A DNA stretch of 64,000 bases from Eubacteriales bacterium (lineage in GTDB: Bacteria; Bacillota; Clostridia; Oscillospirales; SIG627), in NCBI GenBank assembly GCA_045541915.1, contig JAZQJZ010000007.1, positions 32,781 through 96,780 of the forward strand, read 5' to 3'. A program made the position numbers and the translations under genes. The stretch's first letter is position 1; every line of letters begins with the position of its first letter. The notes below the pieces were generated by a model that ran no database searches, had not been told where the DNA came from, and saw only the letters and a list, made by a program, of their open reading frames with translations. This document shows positions 25,409 to 33,395 of this stretch, piece by piece.

Positions 25409-28400
25409 TTATGCTTTCCACGGAGCGGAAAGACCTTCGATCTTTTCGCCGTTGTAAAGCTGGCAGGAGAAGTGGATCTTCTCGCCGGCAACGGACTGCA
25501 TCTCTTCCCAGGGAAGAATCTTTGCCAGAGGCATTTCCTTAATGAAGAAGTCAGGCGCACGATAAACAGTGCGATACACTTCCTCGCCCTTGGCGTCAGT
25601 GATGGTAACAAACACATCGGAAATGGGGAAGTTGGACTTGAGGGATGCCTCTTTCAGGTTCTTCTCTTGGGAGATTTCAACCTTGCCATCCTCCACTTCC
25701 TTGGTGCCGATCAATTCTGCAAAGGTAAAGGGAATGTAAAAGGTATCAAACAGCTGCTTGAAGGTATATTTCATATCCACCATACCCTGAGCGCAGTAGT
25801 GGGTTCCGTCAGGATGCTTGCGGATATTGTTGCCCACACCGGTGGAATAGCAAACCTGCTCGGTCATAAGCGTATAGCTCTTATCACCGTCAATGAAGCC
25901 GTTTTCATCGCGAACTACAGTAGGGTAAGCAGAGTTCATTCTCACGTGACCGGTGCTGACCACACCGTCAGCAGGAAGCATTGCCGCATAGGATTCGTAC
26001 ATCACCTGCTCGCCGTTATCTTTGCAGACAGACTTCTGGTTGTACTTTTCAGCATTGCGGAAGCTCTTGAACTCTTCGGGGTACTTATAAGGTCCAACCG
26101 GAAGGAAGCCCTGCGCCTTGCACATACCGAAGGTATAGCTGAAGTTTGCGGAATTGACCACACGGCTCCAGGAAATGCTGGCACCGCCGGAGCAGGCATT
26201 TCCGAAGATTCTTGCATTCTGGATACATTCGCTTGTGGCGTCCAGAACACCCGTTTCGGGATCGCAGATCTCTGCCATACGGTAAAGGTTACCGGATCCG
26301 CAGGTCACATAGGGAAGACCGCCGTGAACCATACCGGCTGGCATATGTCTTTCTTTTTTCTGACTTCCGATGGTATAGGTCACATTTTCGCTGAGCAGAT
26401 GGGGGAATTCACACTGGAGCTTCATATAATCCAAGCAGATCTGACGGAGACGGTATTCACGCATACCGGGCTTGGCCACGGGAATCTGCTTCAGCTGCTG
26501 TACCAGGCTCTTACCGGGAATGGTTGTGGAGGTGCCGCCCTTGCCGGGGAGAATGGCAACCTTAAATCCGCGGTAGCCCTTGAGGAGTTCACCATTGTAA
26601 AGCTGGAACTGCATATTCAAGGTATAGGGAGCCTCGAAGATCTCCAGTCTCTTCATATCTTCTCTGGGGAGCATATCGCCAAGTTTTGCCTTGTAGGTAG
26701 CAAAGGAGATGGAACGCCATACGCCCTCTGCCATCACCTTGCCGTGAACGTCGGTCACCTTGTAGAAGGCATCGGACAAGGGATAGTTGAAGCTAAATTC
26801 CACTTCATTCAATTCATCTGCGTTAAAGCACTTCTTGTTGGAGTTGGGAACGGCATAGGCCTGTTTCACCGGTGCCTGACCCAAGAATTCCTTGAAGGTG
26901 AAGGGCAGATAGTTGGTGTCATACAGTTTCTTAAAGGGGATCTTCACATCCACACAGCCCTCAACCACATAGTAGTCGCCGTTTTTCTGCTGTCTGACGT
27001 GGTACCAGTCAACGGTGATCATACCCTGATCGCTGAAGACTGCATAGCTCTTGTTGCCGTCAATGGTTCCGTCAGGATTGCGAACCACATGGGAAAGACC
27101 CGTTGCCATACGGATATGGCCGGGGCAGTTCAGACCGTCACCGGGCTGAAGCAGAGCGTAGGATTCAAACATCACCTGCTCGCCGTTTTCCTTACATACA
27201 GTCTTGGCTGTATACTTTTCCGGATTGTGGAAGCTTCTGATGTCCTTGCGATAGGTATAAGGGCCAACGGGAATGACGCCATTTGCCTGGGTCATTTCAT
27301 GGGTCCATCCAAGACGGACAGAGGTGATACATCTTGCCCAGGAGGTAGCACATCCGCCAGAGCAGGCATTACCGAAGATTCTCTTGTTTCTGCCAAACTC
27401 CTTCATATTCACAATACCGGTTTTGGGATCCATATGCTCGGCCCAACGGTAAAGGCTGCTGCCGCCTATATTTACATAAGGAATACCGGCGTGAACCTCG
27501 TCCTTTTTCAGACGAACCTTATAGTCCTGTCTTTCCACCCAGTATTCAAAGTCTTCCTCCAGCTTATAGGGGAAAGAAACCTGCAGACGCATAAAGTCTA
27601 CACACATTTTTCTCAACTGCTCGGGAGCCATTCCTTCTTTTGCAATGGGAATTGCTTTGAGCTTTTCATGGAGGGTCAGATCCTCGGGCTGCAATTCGCT
27701 GGCGATCTTACCGGGGATGAGCGTTCCCTTGAAGCCGGACCAGCCACTCTTGGTCACACCGTTGAGCAGACGGATCTTCAGTTCCAGGGTGCTTCTGCCG
27801 TTCTGGAACAGCTTCAGATCCTCCAACTTCAGAATATCCTTCAGTGCCAGAGCATACTTGTGATGGGTGGGGCAACGGTAAACATCCTCGTAAAGAAGGG
27901 TGCCGTCCCGATCCGTTACAGTGATGAATATATCGGAGAAGGGATAGTTTGCCTGAATCTCGATCTCTTTTAAGTGCTCGGTGGTGAAAATGGTGCGGAG
28001 AATGTTCTCGCCGGTGGCGATCTCCTTCATTCGGATCACAGGCTTTGCATAAGAAGCCTCACCGGTGAATTCCTTGAAGGTAAAGGGAATATAGTGCTTT
28101 TCGAACAAGGTTTTAAAGTCTACCTTGATGTCAATGCCACCCTGAACATAAACGGGCGTTCCGTCTGCCTGGAGGGTATCGGTGTGATAGAGGTATTCCT
28201 TTTCGCCGTTTTCCTTTTCCTTCACCTCGGTCTGGTATGGCGTTGCCACCTGATCCATATACAGGATATAGCTCTTTTCGCCGTCAATTTCGCCATTTTC
28301 ATCCCGTTCCACATGAACCTGGGAAACCATTCTCACGTGGCCGCGGCTATGAACACCGTCAGCAGGCTTCAAAGCGGCGAAGGATTCGTACATCACATCT

Positions 28401-28978
28401 CTTCCCATTTCGTTTCCGATGTTATGGGAGGTATAATCATACTTTCTTTCCGGATCTTCCGCCAAGGTGTAAGGCGCCTTGATAAACAAAGGAAGCTCCT
28501 TCATATAGGTATAAGGACCAACATTCTGATAGCCCATCAACTGGGTCATGCCGGAGGTGTAGGTCATCTTGGCAGAAGAGACGCATCTTGCCCAAGCAAT
28601 GCAAGCTGCACCGGAGCAAGCGTTACCGAAAATCTGGGGATTTTCCTTCAGCTTGGAAATATCAAGAACACCGGTTTCTTCATCGTAATATTCCATTGCG
28701 CGATAAAGGTTTCCGGAGCCCAGATTCACATAGGGAAGACCGGCATAAACCGTATCGGTGGAAAGCTTCACCGGGCGCTTTGCGCTCTTGATGGTATATT
28801 CAAAATCTTCACTGGGAACCCAGCGGAAGGAAAGCTGCGCTCTCATAAAATCAAGACAAATCTGACGCATTTCCTCCGGGGTAGAGGAAGCCTTAGCGGT
28901 GGGAAGTGCCTTCAGCTTTTCCTGGCTAAAGGGATCCTGAACTGCGGGATACTGTTTTTTCGTTGTGGTATTCGCCAT
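25409..28978 (-). CDS. Tri-modular 1189-aa protein; each module has an NlpC/P60-like Cys/His signature (function unknown)
   Basis: Three homologous modules at aa ~20-425, ~438-815 and ~827-1189. Each repeats IFGNACSG (C121/C539/C929) and LxPxDG..GH(V/I)RM (H214/H621/H1011). AAAGGAG RBS. No signal peptide or TM. Confidence 0.85.
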   Translation of the reverse strand: MANTTTKKQYPAVQDPFSQEKLKALPTAKASSTPEEMRQICLDFMRAQLSFRWVPSEDFEYTIKSAKRPVKLSTDTVYAGLPYVNLGSGNLYRAMEYYDEETGVLDISKLKENPQIFGNACSGAACIAWARCVSSAKMTYTSGMTQLMGYQNVGPYTYMKELPLFIKAPYTLAEDPERKYDYTSHNIGNEMGRDVMYESFAALKPADGVHSRGHVRMVSQVHVERDENGEIDGEKSYILYMDQVATPYQTEVKEKENGEKEYLYHTDTLQADGTPVYVQGGIDIKVDFKTLFEKHYIPFTFKEFTGEASYAKPVIRMKEIATGENILRTIFTTEHLKEIEIQANYPFSDIFITVTDRDGTLLYEDVYRCPTHHKYALALKDILKLEDLKLFQNGRSTLELKIRLLNGVTKSGWSGFKGTLIPGKIASELQPEDLTLHEKLKAIPIAKEGMAPEQLRKMCVDFMRLQVSFPYKLEEDFEYWVERQDYKVRLKKDEVHAGIPYVNIGGSSLYRWAEHMDPKTGIVNMKEFGRNKRIFGNACSGGCATSWARCITSVRLGWTHEMTQANGVIPVGPYTYRKDIRSFHNPEKYTAKTVCKENGEQVMFESYALLQPGDGLNCPGHIRMATGLSHVVRNPDGTIDGNKSYAVFSDQGMITVDWYHVRQQKNGDYYVVEGCVDVKIPFKKLYDTNYLPFTFKEFLGQAPVKQAYAVPNSNKKCFNADELNEVEFSFNYPLSDAFYKVTDVHGKVMAEGVWRSISFATYKAKLGDMLPREDMKRLEIFEAPYTLNMQFQLYNGELLKGYRGFKVAILPGKGGTSTTIPGKSLVQQLKQIPVAKPGMREYRLRQICLDYMKLQCEFPHLLSENVTYTIGSQKKERHMPAGMVHGGLPYVTCGSGNLYRMAEICDPETGVLDATSECIQNARIFGNACSGGASISWSRVVNSANFSYTFGMCKAQGFLPVGPYKYPEEFKSFRNAEKYNQKSVCKDNGEQVMYESYAAMLPADGVVSTGHVRMNSAYPTVVRDENGFIDGDKSYTLMTEQVCYSTGVGNNIRKHPDGTHYCAQGMVDMKYTFKQLFDTFYIPFTFAELIGTKEVEDGKVEISQEKNLKEASLKSNFPISDVFVTITDAKGEEVYRTVYRAPDFFIKEMPLAKILPWEEMQSVAGEKIHFSCQLYNGEKIEGLSAPWKA

Positions 28979-29077
28979 TTCAATTCTCCTTTTTTCAAGT
29001 TGTAATGAAAGTGATTCCGGCTGGTTTCATTCTGCCATTCGACAACTCAAATGTAAATGGACAATTTAATGACAACC

Positions 29078-29104
29078 GCACAAAATAACGTACGAATTTT
29101 GTGC
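29078..29104. promoter_or_regulatory. 9-bp-arm inverted repeat upstream of the tri-modular gene promoter
   Basis: GCACAAAAT-N9-ATTTTGTGC, with a CGTACG core in the spacer. A putative promoter TTTACA-17-CAGAAT lies just downstream on the minus strand. Confidence 0.35.
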
Positions 29105-29142
29105 TACTCGAAATCCTTGTGCCATTTGCTTTTCTAATTGAT

Positions 29143-29184
29143 TCCGAAGAAAAGAAAAGAGTCGCGCAAACCATCGCGCGGCTC
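29143..29184 (-). terminator. Terminator downstream of the queG-like gene
   Basis: Minus strand reads GAGCCGCGC-loop-GCGCGACTC (1 mismatch) followed by TTTTCTTTTCTT. Confidence 0.6.
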
Positions 29185-29973
29185 TTATTTTTTAATGTTT
29201 CTTCGAAGGATCTCTCTGCCCCGCCAGGAAAACGCCCGGGTAAGAAATTTCTCCTTGGGACTTTCGATCACATCCTCCGTCAGCTCCGAAATATGATCCT
29301 CCTGAAAAAAGGAAATGGGAGTTTTTTCCGGCGTGGCATTCATCGGACAAGCGCTCTGGCACAGATCACATCCCCATTTGCACTTTGCTTGAGAAAGCAG
29401 CCTTTCCTCCTTTTCGCTTCGAATCTTCTTTTGAGAGATCAAGGAAAGACACTCTTTTCGTTCCGGATCCAAAATGGCGCCGGTGGGACAGGCAGTGCGA
29501 CAAAGGGAGCAACCGCGACAGTGCTGGATCTCTTTTGGTTTTTGAGGGGAAATGGCCTTGGTCAGAAAAAATTCACCGATAAAAAAATAGGAGCCATACC
29601 GGGAATTTAAGACCAGTCCGTTTTCTCCCAGAACGCCAAGTCCGGCACGAAGCGCCGCTTCCCGTTCCCGGATGGGAGAGGAATCGGTAAAGCCGCAAAA
29701 GGCGATAGGACTTTTCTTCTCCTCCAGATATTCTCCCAGGCGCTGGGAAAGAAGACGCAAATACAAATGGTAGTCCCGTGGCTGCGCGTAAATGGAAAGA
29801 TTGGTGGTTTTTTGCCCGGAAAAATATGGGATCAGAAACAAAACGGCACTTTCCACCTTGCCGATCTTCTGCTCCATTTTTTGAAATTTTGTTTCATCCC
29901 AGATAGAAAGATCCTCTATGGCAAGCTCTCCATAACAAAAGATCCCCTGGGATTCCAAAAATGAACCGATCAT
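29185..29973 (-). CDS. Epoxyqueuosine reductase (QueG)-like 4Fe-4S protein
   Basis: DSSPIREREAALRAGLGVLGENGLVLNSRYGSYFFIGEF, plus two ferredoxin motifs CRGCSLCRTACP and CKWGCDLCQSACP. Shorter than canonical QueG. Start chosen at MIGSF (GGAGG RBS). Confidence 0.65.
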   Translation of the reverse strand: MIGSFLESQGIFCYGELAIEDLSIWDETKFQKMEQKIGKVESAVLFLIPYFSGQKTTNLSIYAQPRDYHLYLRLLSQRLGEYLEEKKSPIAFCGFTDSSPIREREAALRAGLGVLGENGLVLNSRYGSYFFIGEFFLTKAISPQKPKEIQHCRGCSLCRTACPTGAILDPERKECLSLISQKKIRSEKEERLLSQAKCKWGCDLCQSACPMNATPEKTPISFFQEDHISELTEDVIESPKEKFLTRAFSWRGREILRRNIKK

Positions 29974-30022
29974 CTTGTATTCCTCCCCAAAACAGTGTAG
30001 CAAAGGGAAGGAGAGAAGTCAA

Positions 30023-31393
30023 TTATTTTTTGAAAAAGCGAAGATAACTGTCATCCCTCTTTTCTTTTCCGAAAAATTCGGCGCGGAGATCCCGTTCCTT
30101 TTTCTTTGGAATCTTTTCTTCTCCCGGCAAAAACGGAAGGGAGGACAGGGCGTATCGCAGAGCGTCCGGCGCGTGGGTATATTCATGGGGAGTCAGAGCG
30201 GCATCCTCGGTTTTGATGGGATCAAAGGTCAGGCGTGGAAGGGTTCGAAGAAGGTTTTTACACTGGGGAAAGATCCCCAAAAACGCCTTCTCTTCCCGTT
30301 CGGCACGCAAAAATTCTCTCATTCTCCGCCAACCGGGGATTCTGGCATTGTCTGCCGGAACCAGGCCCCGAACGCCCCCTTTTTTTAAGATATCAAAGCC
30401 GCTTTTTCCCCCATCCTGGCGGCGTCCGGCAAGGTCAGGAGAAGCGGTAATATAGCGCACCTCTTCCCCGGCGATGGTCTCTCGGATCTTTTCCGCCGCC
30501 TCCGACAGCACCAGATCCGGCTCATACAGCTCCCGATACACCACAACACAGCTTCGATCCGGAGGATAAGCCAAAAGCAAAAATGCGGTCATATCCAAAC
30601 CGTAATCCAGCGCGCCGAAGCGGATCCAGTTCTCTGGCACGGAAAAGGGGCTGATCTCGTGCTTTCTTCGGTCAAATTCCGTGAAATACTGTCCCTCAAA
30701 GGCATCCCAGTCGCCGTCCAGCATGGCCCGACGGCGAAGGGGAGGCAGACTTTCCAGGGTTCGTACATATTCTGGGTTTTCCTTCAGCAAATAGCGGTTG
30801 TCATACACCGTGGAGGGAATGAAAATATAATCCTCCGCCTTTTCCCCCTCCCGGTATTCCCGATCGATAAAAAGCCGTTTTACCCAGGCATGTCCCACAC
30901 CGCCCGGGTTGCAGGTAAAATACATCCGCGGAACAAAGGGCTCCTGTAACAGTCCGGCCAAACGACAGCATTCAGTCATGGCATAGTACTGACTTTCCGT
31001 AAACTGGGTGGCCTCCTCCATTCCGATCACCTCGTACGCCTGTCCCTGATACTGGAGCGCATCCCCCTCCTCGCTCAAATATCCCAATTTGATCCGAGAT
31101 CCGCCCGGAAACAAAAATTCCTTGGTGGAATCCTTATAGGAAGCGATCCCATAAAGCCATCTTCGAAGCGGATTGATGTGGTTTTCACGTAATTCGGGGA
31201 AGGTGCGGCGCAGCAGCAGGATCTGGATCCCCGGATAGCGCAGGGCAAGCAGCACAAGCTTTGCACGCATGGCAAAGCTCTTTCCCCCTCCTCTGGCGCC
31301 GCCATAGGCAATGCGTCTGGCCCCGGCTCGAAAAAAGGCCTCCTGGGGCGGAAAGGGATGAAGTGTAGATAAAAATTTTTCAATTGCATTCAT
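30023..31393 (-). CDS. Phage terminase large subunit (orphan)
   Basis: Walker A GGARGGGKS, Walker B-like YEVIGMEEA, FTCNPGGVGHAWV, and nuclease-domain GALDYG...HAPDALRY. Start chosen at MNAIEKF (31393). No SD is visible. Confidence 0.8.
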   Translation of the reverse strand: MNAIEKFLSTLHPFPPQEAFFRAGARRIAYGGARGGGKSFAMRAKLVLLALRYPGIQILLLRRTFPELRENHINPLRRWLYGIASYKDSTKEFLFPGGSRIKLGYLSEEGDALQYQGQAYEVIGMEEATQFTESQYYAMTECCRLAGLLQEPFVPRMYFTCNPGGVGHAWVKRLFIDREYREGEKAEDYIFIPSTVYDNRYLLKENPEYVRTLESLPPLRRRAMLDGDWDAFEGQYFTEFDRRKHEISPFSVPENWIRFGALDYGLDMTAFLLLAYPPDRSCVVVYRELYEPDLVLSEAAEKIRETIAGEEVRYITASPDLAGRRQDGGKSGFDILKKGGVRGLVPADNARIPGWRRMREFLRAEREEKAFLGIFPQCKNLLRTLPRLTFDPIKTEDAALTPHEYTHAPDALRYALSSLPFLPGEEKIPKKKERDLRAEFFGKEKRDDSYLRFFKK

Positions 31394-31399
31394 TTTTAC

Positions 31400-31428
31400 T
31401 TGACAAATCGCGAAAAAAAGAATAAGAT
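31400..31428 (+). promoter_or_regulatory. Promoter of the TPP-riboswitch/thiT operon
   Basis: TTGACA (31400-31405)-17 nt-TAAGAT (31423-31428). The -35 lies 7 nt from the terL start codon on the other strand. Confidence 0.55.
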
Positions 31429-31444
31429 AATGGCACGCACAAGA

Positions 31445-31532
31445 GCGGAAAACAGGGGTGCTACGGCTGAGACGCATGAAAATGCGAACCCTTTAACCTG
31501 AGATGGATAATACCGGCGTAGGGAGTTTTTGA
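31445..31532 (+). promoter_or_regulatory. TPP (THI-box) riboswitch aptamer
   Basis: AGGGGUGC..GCUGAGA..ACCCUUUAACCUGAGAUGGAUAAUACCGGCGUAGGGAG matches the THI-element core. P1 pairs AAAAC with GUUUU. Confidence 0.9.
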
Positions 31533-31550
31533 GAGAACCAGATTCGAGTT

Positions 31551-31583
31551 CGCACAGGGCTTCCGTCCTGTGCGATTTTTATT
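31551..31583 (+). terminator. Riboswitch expression-platform terminator
   Basis: CGCACAGG-GCTTCCGT-CCTGTGCG followed by ATTTTTATTT, 18 nt before the AAGGAG RBS of thiT. Confidence 0.75.
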
Positions 31584-31600
31584 TGCAAGGAGTGTTTTTT

Positions 31601-32257
31601 ATGTCACAAAACAAAACAAAAAAGCTGGTCACCTCTGCTATGCTCATTGCCTTGGGAACTGCCGTTTCTCTGGTTTCCGAATGGATCCCCTTTCTCAATC
31701 TTCCCTTTGGCGGCACCATCACCCTGGCAAGCCTTCTTCCTCTGGTTCTGATCTCCTATCTTTACGGAATCCGCTGGGGCCTGGGCGCAGGCTTTGTGTT
31801 CTCACTGCTTCAAATGGCAGTGGGATTTAAGACCGTTTCCGGTCTGTTTCTTCCCAATTCCGATTCTTATATGGGATCGGTGGGAATCGCCTTTGCCATT
31901 TTGCTTTTGGATTACGTTCTGTCCTTCACCTCCGTGGGCCTGGGAGGGCTGTTCCGAAACAAGCTCAACCAAAAATGGGCCCTTGTTTGGGGAAGCGTGC
32001 TGGCGCTGTTCCTTTGCTATTTCTTCCACGTGCTTTCCGGCGCCATTTTCTACGGCGCCTGGGCAGAGTGGTTCTTTTTGGAAAGCGCCGCCAAGGATCT
32101 TGCCATTTCCTCCTTCATTATGGAGACCTTTACCGGCCACGGACTTTCCATTGCCTACTCCGTTGTGTATAACGGACTTTATATGTTTCCGGAAATGCTC
32201 ATCACCGCAGTGGCTGCCGGCGCCATTTCCCGCATCCCTACTTTGAAAAAAATTTGA
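31601..32257 (+). CDS. thiT: Thiamine transporter ThiT/YuaJ (ECF S-component type)
   Basis: I moved the start to MSQNKTKK, downstream of the riboswitch terminator. LPFGGTITLASLLPLVL and six hydrophobic helices. Confidence 0.8.
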   Translation: MSQNKTKKLVTSAMLIALGTAVSLVSEWIPFLNLPFGGTITLASLLPLVLISYLYGIRWGLGAGFVFSLLQMAVGFKTVSGLFLPNSDSYMGSVGIAFAILLLDYVLSFTSVGLGGLFRNKLNQKWALVWGSVLALFLCYFFHVLSGAIFYGAWAEWFFLESAAKDLAISSFIMETFTGHGLSIAYSVVYNGLYMFPEMLITAVAAGAISRIPTLKKI

Positions 32258-32270
32258 AAGGTAGCACTTT

Positions 32271-32879
32271 ATGACTCCCATCTGTCGCATCGTCGGCGCA
32301 GGCGATTTTTCTCCCTCCCTACTTCCCGAATCAAGGCCGGGGGATTTTCTCATCGCCGCAGACGCCGGATTTTCCCGTCTGCACTCTGCCGGTATCCAGC
32401 CGGATCTTTACATCGGTGACGGTGACTCCTTGGGCTACACGCCCCAGGGGGTCGGCGCCGTGGTTCTCCCCAAGGTCAAAGATGATACGGATACCCTGGC
32501 CGCGATCAAAGAGGGGCTTTCCCGAGGCTTTTTGCGGTTTGAGCTGTACGGTGCGCTGGGTGGAGACCGTTTCTCCCATTCCATTGCCAACCTGCAAACC
32601 CTTTTCTATTTGGCAAACCACGGGGCAACAGGGACCATTGTGGATTCCAAATGCACTGTGTCCCTTCTGACACCCGGAACCTATACCCTGGATCTTTCCG
32701 GAGGGTATTTTTCCCTTTTTGCTTTGGATTTGCCGGGTACCGTTTCCATTGAAAATGCCAAATACCCACTGAAAAGTACCACCATTTCCCCTTATTTTCC
32801 CATCGGCGTGAGCAACGAGGGAGAAAAGGAAACCTGTATCACGGTGGAAAAAGGAAATCTCTTTTTGATCCGGGAGTGA
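32271..32879 (+). CDS. thiN: Thiamine pyrophosphokinase
   Basis: IVGAGDF, IAADAG, YIGDGDS, KDDTDT, GALGGDRFSH, plus a C-terminal B1-binding-like half. Confidence 0.85.
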   Translation: MTPICRIVGAGDFSPSLLPESRPGDFLIAADAGFSRLHSAGIQPDLYIGDGDSLGYTPQGVGAVVLPKVKDDTDTLAAIKEGLSRGFLRFELYGALGGDRFSHSIANLQTLFYLANHGATGTIVDSKCTVSLLTPGTYTLDLSGGYFSLFALDLPGTVSIENAKYPLKSTTISPYFPIGVSNEGEKETCITVEKGNLFLIRE

Positions 32880-33275
32880 TCATTCCGCCCAGACCGAGCA
32901 AACGCCCAAATTCAAGGGAGCCTCTTCCTTTTGACCTCCCTCTCCCCAGCGCTGGAAATTCACCGATAAAAACAGCTTGGCGCCGGCGGCGGTATCCTTA
33001 TAAAAAAGCTTTTCCTCTGCATTTTCTTCTACTCGCAAAAGCGCTCGGTCCACGAGCGCTTTTATTTTTTTATCCTTGATCTCTCCCAATTCCTCCCGAC
33101 TTCTCAAGCCCAAGGCGAGGGCAATCCCGGTGACCGTACAAGGTCTCTCCTCAAACAGGATCTCTCCGGTTTTGGCGATGACAAAATTTCCCTCCTGATC
33201 CCGTTTTTCCACCCTTCTGGATCGAAAATACTCACAAAGCAGCCTTCTTGCCTTCTCTTCTGTCATTCTTTTCAC
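32880..33275 (-). CDS. Phage terminase small subunit (P22 gp3-like DNA-packaging protein), orphan
   Basis: LLCEYF...PCTVTGIALALGL...LVDRALLRVEENAEEKLF...GAKLFL parallels P22 gp3 landmarks (CCEYF, MTITGLTLF, RAEQVIYDQKF) as I recall them. GTG 33275 has GGAGG 8 nt upstream. The track start at 33308 lies inside the putative -10. Confidence 0.7.
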   Translation of the reverse strand: MKRMTEEKARRLLCEYFRSRRVEKRDQEGNFVIAKTGEILFEERPCTVTGIALALGLRSREELGEIKDKKIKALVDRALLRVEENAEEKLFYKDTAAGAKLFLSVNFQRWGEGGQKEEAPLNLGVCSVWAE

Positions 33276-33298
33276 GATTTTTTCCTCCTTTTTTTCGG

Positions 33299-33328
33299 AT
33301 CTTACCACAATTTGTCACTGCCAGGCAA
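33299..33328 (-). promoter_or_regulatory. Putative promoter of terS
   Basis: Minus strand reads TTGCCT-18 nt-TAAGAT with a TGn extended -10. Confidence 0.45.
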
Positions 33329-33338
33329 TGCCAATACC

Positions 33339-33367
33339 TTGACGAAAACGATCCTTTTTCATATAAT
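33339..33367 (+). promoter_or_regulatory. Promoter of the membrane-protein gene
   Basis: TTGACG-17 nt-TATAAT. Confidence 0.55.
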
Positions 33368-33395
33368 AATGAGGAAATCAAAACAAGGAGGCGTT

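Noticed and set aside
25406-29005. 855-aa and 343-aa plus-strand ORFs
   Set aside because: Both are antisense to the tri-modular gene. The sense strand shows threefold internal protein repeats with conserved motifs, an SD and a terminator; the antisense frames show none.
31394-31477. The long (484-aa) version of the terminase ORF, starting at 31477
   Set aside because: The extra 28 codons run antisense through the TPP riboswitch and the thiT promoter and encode a Cys/Leu/Phe-rich peptide. Terminase homology begins at MNAIEKF (31393).
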